Below, piece after piece: positions 1-8,601 of a DNA stretch of 64,000 nucleotides. Source of the DNA: a bacterium (lineage in GTDB: Bacteria; Desulfobacterota; DSWW01); NCBI GenBank assembly GCA_028277985.1, contig JANQFG010000265.1, positions 6,832 to 70,831 on the forward strand, read 5' to 3'. Under the pieces are notes generated by a model. It made no database searches. It was not told where the DNA came from and worked only from the letters and a program-made list of their open reading frames with translations. The stretch's first letter is position 1. Every line of letters begins with the position of its first letter. The position numbers and the translations under genes are program-made.

Positions 1-367
1 TGAGCAGGTCGTTGAACCACATCCCGAAGGCAAGGTCTCCCTCGAAAACGACCGTGCCGTTCATCATCGCCTCCATGAAGGCCTCATCCGTGCCCTTTGT
101 CATGACATCAATGGCGATGGGGATATCGCTGTAGACCATCGCATAGTCCGGGTTCGGGTGGGCGCCGCGGGCGATGCGGAGGGTGCCGTGAGCGATGTGA
201 AAACGCCAGGCAACAGCGTAATCCGAGGTCCTGATTTCCGCAATCCCGTTTCGCTCCCCGAGATCTTCCCTGAAGTCGCGATTCAGGGCCCTTACGAGAC
301 GCATGCTCACCGCGAGGCTCATCAGCATCGCTTCCAATCGTAATCTTTCTTTTAATCCGCTCAGCAT
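1..367 (-). CDS. SCP2 sterol-binding-domain-like protein, C-terminus cut by window edge
   Basis: Minus-strand frame starts at ATG 365-367 with GAGGAGAG about 7 nt upstream and runs off the left edge without a stop, so it is absent from the ORF track. Translation is MLSGLKERLRLEAML...TKGTDEAFMEAMMNGTVVFEGDLAFGMWFNDLL, which shows an SCP2-like terminal pattern. The listed ORF 108..476 is in a different frame and is Arg/Pro-rich. Confidence 0.5.
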   Translation of the reverse strand, partial: MLSGLKERLRLEAMLMSLAVSMRLVRALNRDFREDLGERNGIAEIRTSDYAVAWRFHIAHGTLRIARGAHPNPDYAMVYSDIPIAIDVMTKGTDEAFMEAMMNGTVVFEGDLAFGMWFNDLL

Positions 368-533
368 TCTTCAACTCTCCTCTAGGCAACGTGCGGTTAT
401 CGGTTCCGGAAGAAGCATAGGAAAAAGGTCTCTGTGCGTCAAGCGACCGGTTGTGTGAAGATGAAAGAGCCGGCACCGTTGAGGCACCGGCCCTTTTTGT
501 CTTTGAGGCTAGTTTACACCAGGGTATTCCGTC

Positions 534-1454
534 TTATTGCGCAACGGGTCCGCCCGCGCAAGATCCGCCGCAGGACTCGTCTCCGCCCACGCAGTCGTCG
601 TCCACTCCGTTTCCGCAGATCTCGGGAATGCCCGGATTCACCATCGGATTGTTGTCAACACAATCATCTCCGCCCGTGCACTGGACCCCGGTGTACCCAT
701 CCGCGTCATTGTCGCAGCACTGCGCACCACAGTCGATGGTGTCGTCCGTCCAAAGGATGGAGGTGCCAACACTGACTGCATTGTTCAGGCAGGGAACAAG
801 GGGGAGAGGACCGAAGTTGATGGAAGCACACACGACGGTGAAATAGGTTGCGGCTGCCGGGAGCTTGAGCCTGACCGACTCGAGATAGGCTTGTGAGTAT
901 GTGGCCGTGGCGCCGCAAACGAAATTCCCGCTGACGGGTGTGTCAGCGTCCAAGACCTTTCCATCGGTGGGGGTGGGAGGCATGGGGAGTGAGCCTCCGC
1001 CGGGCAGTGACATGAGGGTCTGCGAAGTCGCCTGGTAAACGCCCAGACCACAATTGTTCCCCGTGTTCGTTCCCGCAGGGTCCAGCTTGATTTTGACGGT
1101 GCCGGAACCGGGGATCGTCTCCGTCTGCGTCACATCGAGATAGGTCATGGTGAATCCGCCCGTGGGCTCTCCCATGCAGCGTACTTCCGATCCGAACAGG
1201 TACCCCACGGCCGGCGGACCGCATTGCGGGTCGGCGGGGTCCCATATGATGGATGTAATCGAATACGCTCCGGGCGTATTGTTCGCGTCCGGGGCATCAT
1301 CAGCGGTTCCCATGAGGAGATCGGCCCCCGGGCCATTTCCTGCATCCGCCGCGTAGGTGAAGTATTCCCATTCGACAGAATTGGCATTTGCCATGGTGAC
1401 CATTGCGAAGACGGTGATAACCGAAAGAAAGCTGAGAAGAAGTCCTCTTTTCAT
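534..1454 (-). CDS. Secreted protein with C-terminal Cys/Asp-rich putative metal-binding (MopE-like) repeats
   Basis: Start trimmed to MKRGLLLSFLSVITVFAMVTMANA, a clear signal peptide with a G-rich SD upstream. The C-terminus reads CCDNDADGYTGVQCTGGDDCVDNNPMVNPGIPEICGNGVDDDCVGGDESC, matching the DCDD..P.A.E.C.NG.DDDC type motif. Confidence 0.7.
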   Translation of the reverse strand: MKRGLLLSFLSVITVFAMVTMANANSVEWEYFTYAADAGNGPGADLLMGTADDAPDANNTPGAYSITSIIWDPADPQCGPPAVGYLFGSEVRCMGEPTGGFTMTYLDVTQTETIPGSGTVKIKLDPAGTNTGNNCGLGVYQATSQTLMSLPGGGSLPMPPTPTDGKVLDADTPVSGNFVCGATATYSQAYLESVRLKLPAAATYFTVVCASINFGPLPLVPCLNNAVSVGTSILWTDDTIDCGAQCCDNDADGYTGVQCTGGDDCVDNNPMVNPGIPEICGNGVDDDCVGGDESCGGSCAGGPVAQ

Positions 1455-1684
1455 GTGTACCCCCCTTTTTGGATGTTCAGCCTGTTCGAAAATCGAGTTG
1501 GTTGGTGTTGCAGTCTCTTCAATGCGGTTGGATTCGCCTGTGATCACCTCCTTTCGGACCGTGGAAAGATGGATTCTGTATAAGGGTCATCCTCCAAGTC
1601 GGAACCGGAGCCCTTTGACGATCGAATTTTATGTATTCGTATTAAAACTATGACTTGGCAGATGAACCTGTGTCAAGAACAATT

Positions 1685-1700
1685 TATTGACCAGTCAATA
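1685..1700. promoter_or_regulatory. 16-bp palindrome TATTGACCAGTCAATA (core TGAC-N2-GTCA), candidate operator
   Basis: Perfect 7-bp arms, read directly in the 450-bp AT-richer leader upstream of the FAD-protein gene at 2002. A third half-site, ATTGACCGG, follows at 1706-1714. Confidence 0.45.
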
Positions 1701-1900
1701 TAGAAATTGACCGGACGGTGGCTTATGGATTTCTTTAATGGAAATAGGTGAATAGGGGGGAGCGTTCGACGGAACCGAAGAGGAAGAACTGGGAGAAATC
1801 CCGTTTTGTTGAGACAGCTTCCTCCGTGGTTGTCGGTTCTCTTCTTGGTGGGCCGGAAAGGAGGGCAGGCTGAATATTGGCCGGCTAACAAGTTTTTTGG

Positions 1901-1911
1901 TTGACCGGTCA
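1901..1911. promoter_or_regulatory. TTGACCGGTCA: perfect 10-bp palindrome TGACCGGTCA overlapping a -35-like TTGACC
   Basis: Read directly, about 90 nt upstream of start codon 2002. It has the same TGAC-N2-GTCA core as 1688-1697, 56134-56143 and 59661-59670. Confidence 0.4.
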
Positions 1912-2001
1912 CTCAATATGGTGTAACTGTAGCATGAGGGCAAGGTCCGTCCGGAAGAGACAACGGGAGAATTGCAGGCTCACTCGAGAGAGGGGGTAAA
2001 C

Positions 2002-4917
2002 ATGCAAGGGGTAAAGCTGGATCTCCTGAAATCCATCGTAGGGGAGCAGAACGTTTCTCTCGGGTGCGATGGGGGGCGCAAGTTTCTTCGACCTGGACAA
2101 GCGGCCCCGCATCTGATTGTCGTGAGCCCATCGGATGACGAAGAGGTGCAGAGGATAGTCAATCTGGCGCGCGAGGAGAAGACCGCGATCGTTACGGTCA
2201 ACGACCGCTATCTGCTGGAAGAGGACCTGGAAAAGGAGGGGATTCTTCTCGATTTCTCACGGATGGACAAGATCGAGAGAATCGACGCGCCGAACCTGAT
2301 CGCCCACGTCCAGCGAGGCGTGACCTGGGAGCAACTCAACGCGGAGTTGGGTAAGCAGGGCCTGAGAGCGGTCGCGCCGGTTGCAGCCAACTCGGAATCG
2401 GTTGCCGAATCCTGTGCCGCTAGAGCGGTCGGGAAGGCCGCAGCGAAGTACTGGGATTATTCCGTCACCAACTTGAGGGTCGTCCTTTCGAACGGAAGGA
2501 TTCACAAAACAGGAACCCACGGTTTCAATGAAGAAGCGAGTGACGGGAGGAGCGAGGGGGGGCCGAACCTTTCGAACTGGTTCACCTGCTCGGACGATAT
2601 TTTCGGTGTGATGACCCGGGCCACGATCATGCTCTGGCCCGCCTACGAGACCCGTACCTGCCTTGTTGTATCTTTCGAAGATCAGGATGAATTGCTCAGG
2701 GCCATGAGGGACCTTCCCCGCACGGAGCTCGGTGTAGAATACGTGGGACTCAACGGCGCCTACCTGAAGAACCTCCTGGGAGAAAATGCGGAGGCGTCTC
2801 CTTCCTGGGCCCTGGTAATAGGTCTCGAAGGGCGTTCCAGGCTGGTAGAGCATCATCGGGATAGACTTCTGAGCCGTCTGAAGGAATACAACTGCAGCGA
2901 GATAGAGAATCTGGTCGGCCCGATGACCGAGAAACTGGACCTCCCGTGGATGGAGGCGAGCGAGAATCACACCGCCTTCTTCACCTTGTTCTCCAGGTTG
3001 AAGAAAATGGATGCAGCGGTGGACAAGGCAGCCTCCTCTGCGGATGTCTCCTCGGGGAAAGTGGGCAAGGTCTTCGTGTCCTTTGACTGCGGAAGGGCGG
3101 TGTACGCTGTCTATGATTGGTTCGTGGACCCGCACCGGGGTGAAGAGATCAAGACCCTGAACCTGGCACTGTCAGATCTGGGGGCGTGTTTCGAGCGGCC
3201 CCACGGGAAGCTTGGGCGAAAGATCTATACGAGTATCCAGAATCACCTGCCGGTGCTGAAGCAGATCAAGGGGGTCCTGGACCCGGAGAACATCATGAAT
3301 CCCGGCCGCATTCTCACGGAGGAGGACGCGGGTTGGGAACCGCTTCAGGTGGGTAAGGGGGATACGGAACTTACCGTATCGAAGGTCCATGAAGTCAAAG
3401 AAAGACTGTCCGAGGCGGTTGGCGAGGAGTGGGTGAGCGACAATCCCGCCGACTTGAGCTCTTACGGCCGCGATTTCACTATCTTCTCCGGAGAGCGGCC
3501 GAACATCGTGGCGATGCCTGCATCCACCGAAGAAGTGCAGAAGATCGTTCGTATCGCATACGAATACGGGATTCCCGTGGTCCCGCAGTGCAGCGGCTTC
3601 AATCACGGAGGCCTATCGATCCCCCGAAAGGGCGGGATCCTGGTGGACCTTCGTCGCATGGACCAGGTGTGCGAGATCGACGAAGAATCGATGACGGTTA
3701 CAGTGAGTCCGGGCCTGCGCATGCGATACGTCTGGTGGGAGGCGGTCAAACACAGGGCAACGGACGGATTTCACTTGAAGCCGATCCTGCCCATGACATT
3801 CGGCAGCGTCTCCCTGCTCTCCAACTATGTTTCCCGCGGCGGTGCGGGCATGGCGGTCAAGTACGGAATCAACGCGGATCTCTCGTCGGACATGACCTGG
3901 GTGCTCCCGAACGGAGAGATCCTCAAGGTGGGTGCGAGCGCGATCCCGAAGGTGGGCAAGGTTCCTCTCCATTACTCCCCGGGTCCCGACCTGTTCGGCA
4001 TGTTTTTCAATGCGGACGGAATGTTCGGCATCTGCACGGAACTGACGGCCAAGCTCTACCCGGAACGGGACGAAACCGAGGGGCTCGAGGAGATCATCAC
4101 CTGCGCCAATTTCGGGGACGACCACCATCGTGCATTCTGCCTGGCCGTCGAGGCGATCCGAGACATCGCACAAGAGAACCTGGCGGACTTCATGTACAAG
4201 GCCCATCCCGGCATGGTTGCCCTGACGATCGTCAACAACCTCGAGGGCTTCACGGTCCCGGGTGTTATCGGCATGTCACCTCAGCACCCCCTTTCGATCC
4301 TGGTCTGCGGATACGACGCGGAGGAGACGGCGATCAAGAAGGAGATCGTGAGCGAGATCGTGGCGAAGCATGAGCTCATGGTGATGGATCCGGCCATGTT
4401 CGGCCAGGAAATGCAGGATGCTGCGGGAAGCATGGATCCCCTGAAGAAGAGCCTGGGCATCAAGGACAATTTCCTCGGAACCTATCAAGGGGCGTTCCAG
4501 TGGACCGCCTGCTTCATGAAGCTGGAGAAGATTCCGCAATATGCTGTCGAATATGACGCGTTGGTGAAGAAGTACTGGAAGACATCGGACCCGAAGATCG
4601 CCACCGAACACGCCATGACGGGCACCGACATCCAGGGGCCACTGCCCTTCGGCCGCTTCAGCGGCGTGGAGATAGACTTCTGGTGGGATCAGGGGAACCC
4701 GGAATCGGTGAAGCGCGCCACCGTCATCATGCACAAGGCGCACAAGCTGATGTTGAAGCACGGGGGGTTTCTGTATCGGAACATGTTCGGTTCGGGAGAG
4801 TATCATCTTCCTCTATGGGGAGAGTATTACGATATGCTGAAGAAGACGAAGCAGACCTTCGATCCTGCGAACCTGATGCATCCTGATGTCCTGCCGCTCA
4901 CGGATGATTATGTCTGA
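2002..4917 (+). CDS. Internally duplicated VAO/PCMH-type FAD-binding oxidoreductase (paralog 1 of 3, 971 aa)
   Basis: Start set at ATG 2002 (SD GAGAGGGGG). There are two tandem FAD_binding_4-like units. The C-terminal half is canonical (PNIVAMPASTEEVQKIVRIAYEYGIPVVPQCSGFNHGG...GSVSLLSNYVSRGGAG). The N-terminal half aligns to it but is degenerate. Strong paralogy to 47846-50770 and 56418-59339. Confidence 0.85.
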   Translation: MQGVKLDLLKSIVGEQNVSLGCDGGRKFLRPGQAAPHLIVVSPSDDEEVQRIVNLAREEKTAIVTVNDRYLLEEDLEKEGILLDFSRMDKIERIDAPNLIAHVQRGVTWEQLNAELGKQGLRAVAPVAANSESVAESCAARAVGKAAAKYWDYSVTNLRVVLSNGRIHKTGTHGFNEEASDGRSEGGPNLSNWFTCSDDIFGVMTRATIMLWPAYETRTCLVVSFEDQDELLRAMRDLPRTELGVEYVGLNGAYLKNLLGENAEASPSWALVIGLEGRSRLVEHHRDRLLSRLKEYNCSEIENLVGPMTEKLDLPWMEASENHTAFFTLFSRLKKMDAAVDKAASSADVSSGKVGKVFVSFDCGRAVYAVYDWFVDPHRGEEIKTLNLALSDLGACFERPHGKLGRKIYTSIQNHLPVLKQIKGVLDPENIMNPGRILTEEDAGWEPLQVGKGDTELTVSKVHEVKERLSEAVGEEWVSDNPADLSSYGRDFTIFSGERPNIVAMPASTEEVQKIVRIAYEYGIPVVPQCSGFNHGGLSIPRKGGILVDLRRMDQVCEIDEESMTVTVSPGLRMRYVWWEAVKHRATDGFHLKPILPMTFGSVSLLSNYVSRGGAGMAVKYGINADLSSDMTWVLPNGEILKVGASAIPKVGKVPLHYSPGPDLFGMFFNADGMFGICTELTAKLYPERDETEGLEEIITCANFGDDHHRAFCLAVEAIRDIAQENLADFMYKAHPGMVALTIVNNLEGFTVPGVIGMSPQHPLSILVCGYDAEETAIKKEIVSEIVAKHELMVMDPAMFGQEMQDAAGSMDPLKKSLGIKDNFLGTYQGAFQWTACFMKLEKIPQYAVEYDALVKKYWKTSDPKIATEHAMTGTDIQGPLPFGRFSGVEIDFWWDQGNPESVKRATVIMHKAHKLMLKHGGFLYRNMFGSGEYHLPLWGEYYDMLKKTKQTFDPANLMHPDVLPLTDDYV

Positions 4918-4961
4918 ATATGCATGAAGTAGATCTGATCCATAAGGGAGGAGGCGTCGAC

Positions 4962-5411
4962 GTGGAGAAAAGACCCAAGGGTTTGTTTGCAGTGGACAAG
5001 TTTTTTGACCGTACGCCGGATGGCCCGGTTCTGGTGGGCTCCCGGTGTACCGAGTGCGGGAAGGTCGCATTTCCCCGGAAGAAAGTGTGCATCAAGTGTT
5101 TTCGAAACGACTGCATGGAGGTGCACCCTCTGTCGAAACGCGGGGAGATCGTGACTTATTCGATCGCTCACATGAGCCACATCGGCATGGCCACGCCGTA
5201 CGCGTTCGGATATGTCTATCTACCTGAAGACAACATAACGATCTACAGCCTGTTCGAAGACTGGGACCCCCCGGAGGAGAAACTGTTCATCGGGCAGCAG
5301 GTCGAACAGTGCGTGGATGTGTTCCGAGAGGATCCATGGGGGAATTCGATTGTCACCTATCTCTATCGGTGTATCGGTACAAAACCGGATTCTCAAGCTG
5401 CCGCGAAGTGA
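4962..5411 (+). CDS. DUF35-type Zn-ribbon/OB-fold protein (thiolase partner)
   Basis: Contains CTECGKVAFPRKKVCIKC, a four-Cys zinc ribbon, followed by an OB-fold-like region, and sits directly upstream of an SCPx-type thiolase. Start placed at GTG 4962, 7 nt after a strong SD AAGGGAGGAGG. ATG 4920 is the alternative start. Confidence 0.75.
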   Translation: MEKRPKGLFAVDKFFDRTPDGPVLVGSRCTECGKVAFPRKKVCIKCFRNDCMEVHPLSKRGEIVTYSIAHMSHIGMATPYAFGYVYLPEDNITIYSLFEDWDPPEEKLFIGQQVEQCVDVFREDPWGNSIVTYLYRCIGTKPDSQAAAK

Positions 5412-5450
5412 AGTCCCGGGAAAAGGACGCGTATCACAGGAGGAGCTGTA

Positions 5451-6638
5451 ATGGGAAGACCAGGAACCGATGTGTACGTCGCGGGCGTCGGGATGACCCG
5501 TTTTGGTATACACATGGACAGGGATATCCGTGATTTGTGCGAAGAGGCGTTCTTCGAGGCGATGGAGGACGCAGGGGCGTATCCGGACGATATCGAGGCC
5601 GGCTACATCGGAACGGTGGGATTTGCGTGGGATGCGCCTATCATGGCGGGACAGATCGCCTTTGAGCAGGTCGGTGTGACAGGGATTCCGATCACACGGA
5701 TCGAGAACGCGTGCGGGAGCGGCTCGAACGCGATCCGTGAGGCATGGCTGGCGGTCAAATCCGGGGAATACGACGTGGCCATGGCAAGCGGAGTGGAGAC
5801 GATGAATCGTCCGCTCCAGGACCAGATTCCTCGGTTCGCCATGTTCGGGGGGGGAGATGCCATGATGGAGGGAACCATGGGCCTGTTCCCGCCCGGGATC
5901 TTTGCGATGGTGGCGCAGCGTTACCTGAACGAAGGGTGGATCACACGGGAGGACATGGGGATCATAGCGGTAAAGAACGCCTATCACGGATCGATGAACC
6001 CGAAAGCCCATTATCAACGGACGTTGACCATGGAGAAGGTGCTGGATGCCCGCATGATTTGCTACCCTCTCGGGCTCCTCGACTGTTGCCCCACCACCGA
6101 CGGCGCAGCCGCTGTCGTCATGTGCTCGGAAGAAGCTTTGCCTCGTTTCCGGAAGCATGCGCCGGTGAGGATACGGGCCCTCACCCAGACTTCGGGCACC
6201 TACTGCGAGGACAATCCGCGGGAATTCACTGCTGACAGCGTGGTGCGAGCAGCAAGGATGGCGTATGAAAAGGCGGAGGTTTCGCCGGAAGACATCGACT
6301 TTGTGGAATGTCACGATTGTTTCACCATGGCCGAAATCGTGCACACCATCGATCTGGGCTTCTGCGAGAGAGAAGAGGTGGGCAGGTTCATTCGGGATGG
6401 AAACACCCAACTAGACGGGAAGATACCTTTCAGCGTGTCCGGCGGCCTGATGAGCAAGGGACATCCACTGGGGGCGACCGGTCCGGGTCAGTATCACGAG
6501 GTGGTCACACAGTTGCGTGGCGAGGCAGGAAAGAGGCAGGTGAAGGATGCTCGGCTCGCTCTGCACGAAAACGGAGGTGGTTTTCGGCACGGCGATACGG
6601 GAATCGTCTGTGTATCCATCCTCGAAAGGGCTGATTGA
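5451..6638 (+). CDS. SCPx/nonspecific-lipid-transfer-type thiolase
   Basis: Motifs DVYVAGVGMTRFG, NACGSGSNAIREAW (nucleophilic Cys), ECHDCFTMAEI and GGLMSKGHPLGATG. SD AGGAGGAG upstream. Confidence 0.9.
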   Translation: MGRPGTDVYVAGVGMTRFGIHMDRDIRDLCEEAFFEAMEDAGAYPDDIEAGYIGTVGFAWDAPIMAGQIAFEQVGVTGIPITRIENACGSGSNAIREAWLAVKSGEYDVAMASGVETMNRPLQDQIPRFAMFGGGDAMMEGTMGLFPPGIFAMVAQRYLNEGWITREDMGIIAVKNAYHGSMNPKAHYQRTLTMEKVLDARMICYPLGLLDCCPTTDGAAAVVMCSEEALPRFRKHAPVRIRALTQTSGTYCEDNPREFTADSVVRAARMAYEKAEVSPEDIDFVECHDCFTMAEIVHTIDLGFCEREEVGRFIRDGNTQLDGKIPFSVSGGLMSKGHPLGATGPGQYHEVVTQLRGEAGKRQVKDARLALHENGGGFRHGDTGIVCVSILERAD

Positions 6639-6662
6639 AGAACCGGGAAGGGGATCGTTCAG

Positions 6663-7088
6663 ATGAACAAAAAGGGCTTTCAGAAGAAGAGCGAGGCGTT
6701 TTTCAAGCGGAACAAGAAGGCGATGGCCAGAGTCGTGCACATGCTGCCGGCCCCGCCCATGATCTACCTGATGTTCGATGTGACCCTGCCTCGGATCGTC
6801 AAGAAGAAAGAGTACAAGAAGTTCAAGGGAACCAAGATGGATTTCCAGTTCACCTTCACCGAGATGCCCGGCAGGAAATCCTGGGTGGTGGACATCGACG
6901 ACGGCAGGGTGCGGGTCTTTCGGGGTGAGAAGGACTATCCCCAGATGGTGATCAACGCCTCGGCCCGCGATTTCGTGGACATGACCACGGGCTACCTTCC
7001 CGAAACCAAGGCAATGCAGTCCGGACGATTGGCCGTGAACGGAGGGCCCGTAACCAAGATGAAGACGGTCATGGGCCTTTTCGGTTGA
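6663..7088 (+). CDS. SCP2 sterol-binding domain protein
   Basis: Contains WVVDIDDGRVRVFRG...INASARDFVDMTTGYL...AMQSGRLAVNGGPVTKMKTVMGLF, a typical SCP2 topology. Confidence 0.7.
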   Translation: MNKKGFQKKSEAFFKRNKKAMARVVHMLPAPPMIYLMFDVTLPRIVKKKEYKKFKGTKMDFQFTFTEMPGRKSWVVDIDDGRVRVFRGEKDYPQMVINASARDFVDMTTGYLPETKAMQSGRLAVNGGPVTKMKTVMGLFG

Positions 7089-7103
7089 ATACAGGGGTCA
7101 GGG

Positions 7104-8213
7104 CTATTTCGATCCTTCCGTAGCCCCCTGGAGCGACTCCATGATGGCCGCGTCGAGGGCCTTGTGATCCCACGGCGGGGAAGGGGCGTCTTCCCGCGGC
7201 TCCATGGAGAGGGCCTCGGACGGGCATGCCGAATTGCAGAGCCCGCATCCGATGCAGCGTTTGAGGTCCACTCGGACGAGCTCGTCTTCAACGGCGAGGG
7301 CGTTCGTCGGGCAGCGTTCCACGCAATCCTCACAGCCGATACATGCCTCTTCGTCAATCTTGAGCCGGTAACTGGACACGGCCCCTATGGACGGCATGTC
7401 CAAATCCTGTAGGCTCTTCACGATCCCGCAGTGGCAGGCGCAGCAGTTGCATATGAAGTCGATGTACTTGGATGTGTTGGAAGACATGTGAACCAGACCA
7501 GCCTCCTCCGCCTCCTCGAGGACCTTGAGCGCCTCCTCCCTGGAAACGAGTTGGCCGTAGCCTCTCTCATCGGCAAACTTGGCGTTGGGTCCGAAGGCCA
7601 TGCAATTCTGCTTCGGCTTTTCGCATGGCTCTCCCAACAATTCGCCATAGTGACGGCAGTAGCAAGTGGACAGGGATATGTACTCCGAGTTCCGGACATA
7701 CTCGGATAGGGCCTGGTAAGGGAGAATCTCGCTTCCGCCTGCAACTTCCTTCTCCACCGGGATCACTCTGGAGAAGGGAGTGATCTTTCGCATGAACTCG
7801 AGGTTTGCGCCCACGGTGAACTCCGACATCTTGTCGAAGTATGCCTTGAACAGGCGGGCCATCTTCTGGTCGTGTTCGGTGGTTCCGCCCTTCATGAACT
7901 GGAACTCGAAGAAACCGGGCAGGACCGCCATCAACTTGTAATGGGGCTTCTCCTTTCGTACCTGGTGGAAGACCAGCCCATTGTCTGCCATGCTCTCCAG
8001 CAAAGGCACGATTTCATCGACAGGCCGATCCGTGTGTTCGCTGATCGCCTCAACGGTCTGCATGCCCAGAGGCATTGCTGCAGCCAGTTCCGCTTCCTCA
8101 GGGTTGAAGAGTGCGCGGATCAGTGCGGTGAACTCATCGCACTTGAAGATCGGGATTGCTCCACCAATCAGCATGAGGTTCTCGATGAGTCTGTCGTATA
8201 CGGTGTCGCTCAT
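7104..8213 (-). CDS. 4Fe-4S dicluster domain protein with extra CNCCACHC cysteine motif
   Basis: Start trimmed to MSDTVYDRL (SD GAGGAG). The C-terminus has CIGCEDCVERCP and CIGCGLCNSACP. Upstream cysteines are STCYCRHYG..PCEKPKQNC and FICNCCACHCG. Confidence 0.75.
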   Translation of the reverse strand: MSDTVYDRLIENLMLIGGAIPIFKCDEFTALIRALFNPEEAELAAAMPLGMQTVEAISEHTDRPVDEIVPLLESMADNGLVFHQVRKEKPHYKLMAVLPGFFEFQFMKGGTTEHDQKMARLFKAYFDKMSEFTVGANLEFMRKITPFSRVIPVEKEVAGGSEILPYQALSEYVRNSEYISLSTCYCRHYGELLGEPCEKPKQNCMAFGPNAKFADERGYGQLVSREEALKVLEEAEEAGLVHMSSNTSKYIDFICNCCACHCGIVKSLQDLDMPSIGAVSSYRLKIDEEACIGCEDCVERCPTNALAVEDELVRVDLKRCIGCGLCNSACPSEALSMEPREDAPSPPWDHKALDAAIMESLQGATEGSK

Positions 8214-8601
8214 GGCGTTCTCCTCGGGGCCTATGGGATTCAAAGGACGATTGAAACAGGCTAGCAACGTCCTCATTGGCGTGTCAAGGGAGCAGCATCT
8301 GACACGTTCCCCGAATGCATACAAAATGTCCAGTGACCTTTCTTTCTTGACACACTATTCTTCATGACCTAACCTGATTCCGTCCGAACAGATTTCCTGT
8401 CTCACGGACGACGTGACCTTCCTGAAACACGAAAGGGATCAAGTCGTTCTCAGCAACCTGTTCGGGGACGAGGTGAAGGGGAAGAAGGAAGAGATCCGGT
8501 TCATGGATCAGAAGATTCTGCTCAGTGAAGCCATCTAGCGGGAAGACTCGTATTCCCAGCGTGGCCGTAGAGCTGCGAAGCCCATTCCGCGGTACCGAGC
8601 C

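Noticed and set aside
108-476. A 122-aa minus-strand ORF at the left edge.
   Set aside because: It is an Arg/Pro/Ser-rich frame. The alternative minus-strand frame starting at 367 has an SD and an SCP2-like sequence.
8214-8601. A possible c-di-AMP (ydaO-type) or other riboswitch in the long leader of the K+ channel gene.
   Set aside because: I could not recognise the conserved ydaO core or any convincing pseudo-symmetric structure by eye. An Infernal/Rfam scan would be needed, so I make no claim.
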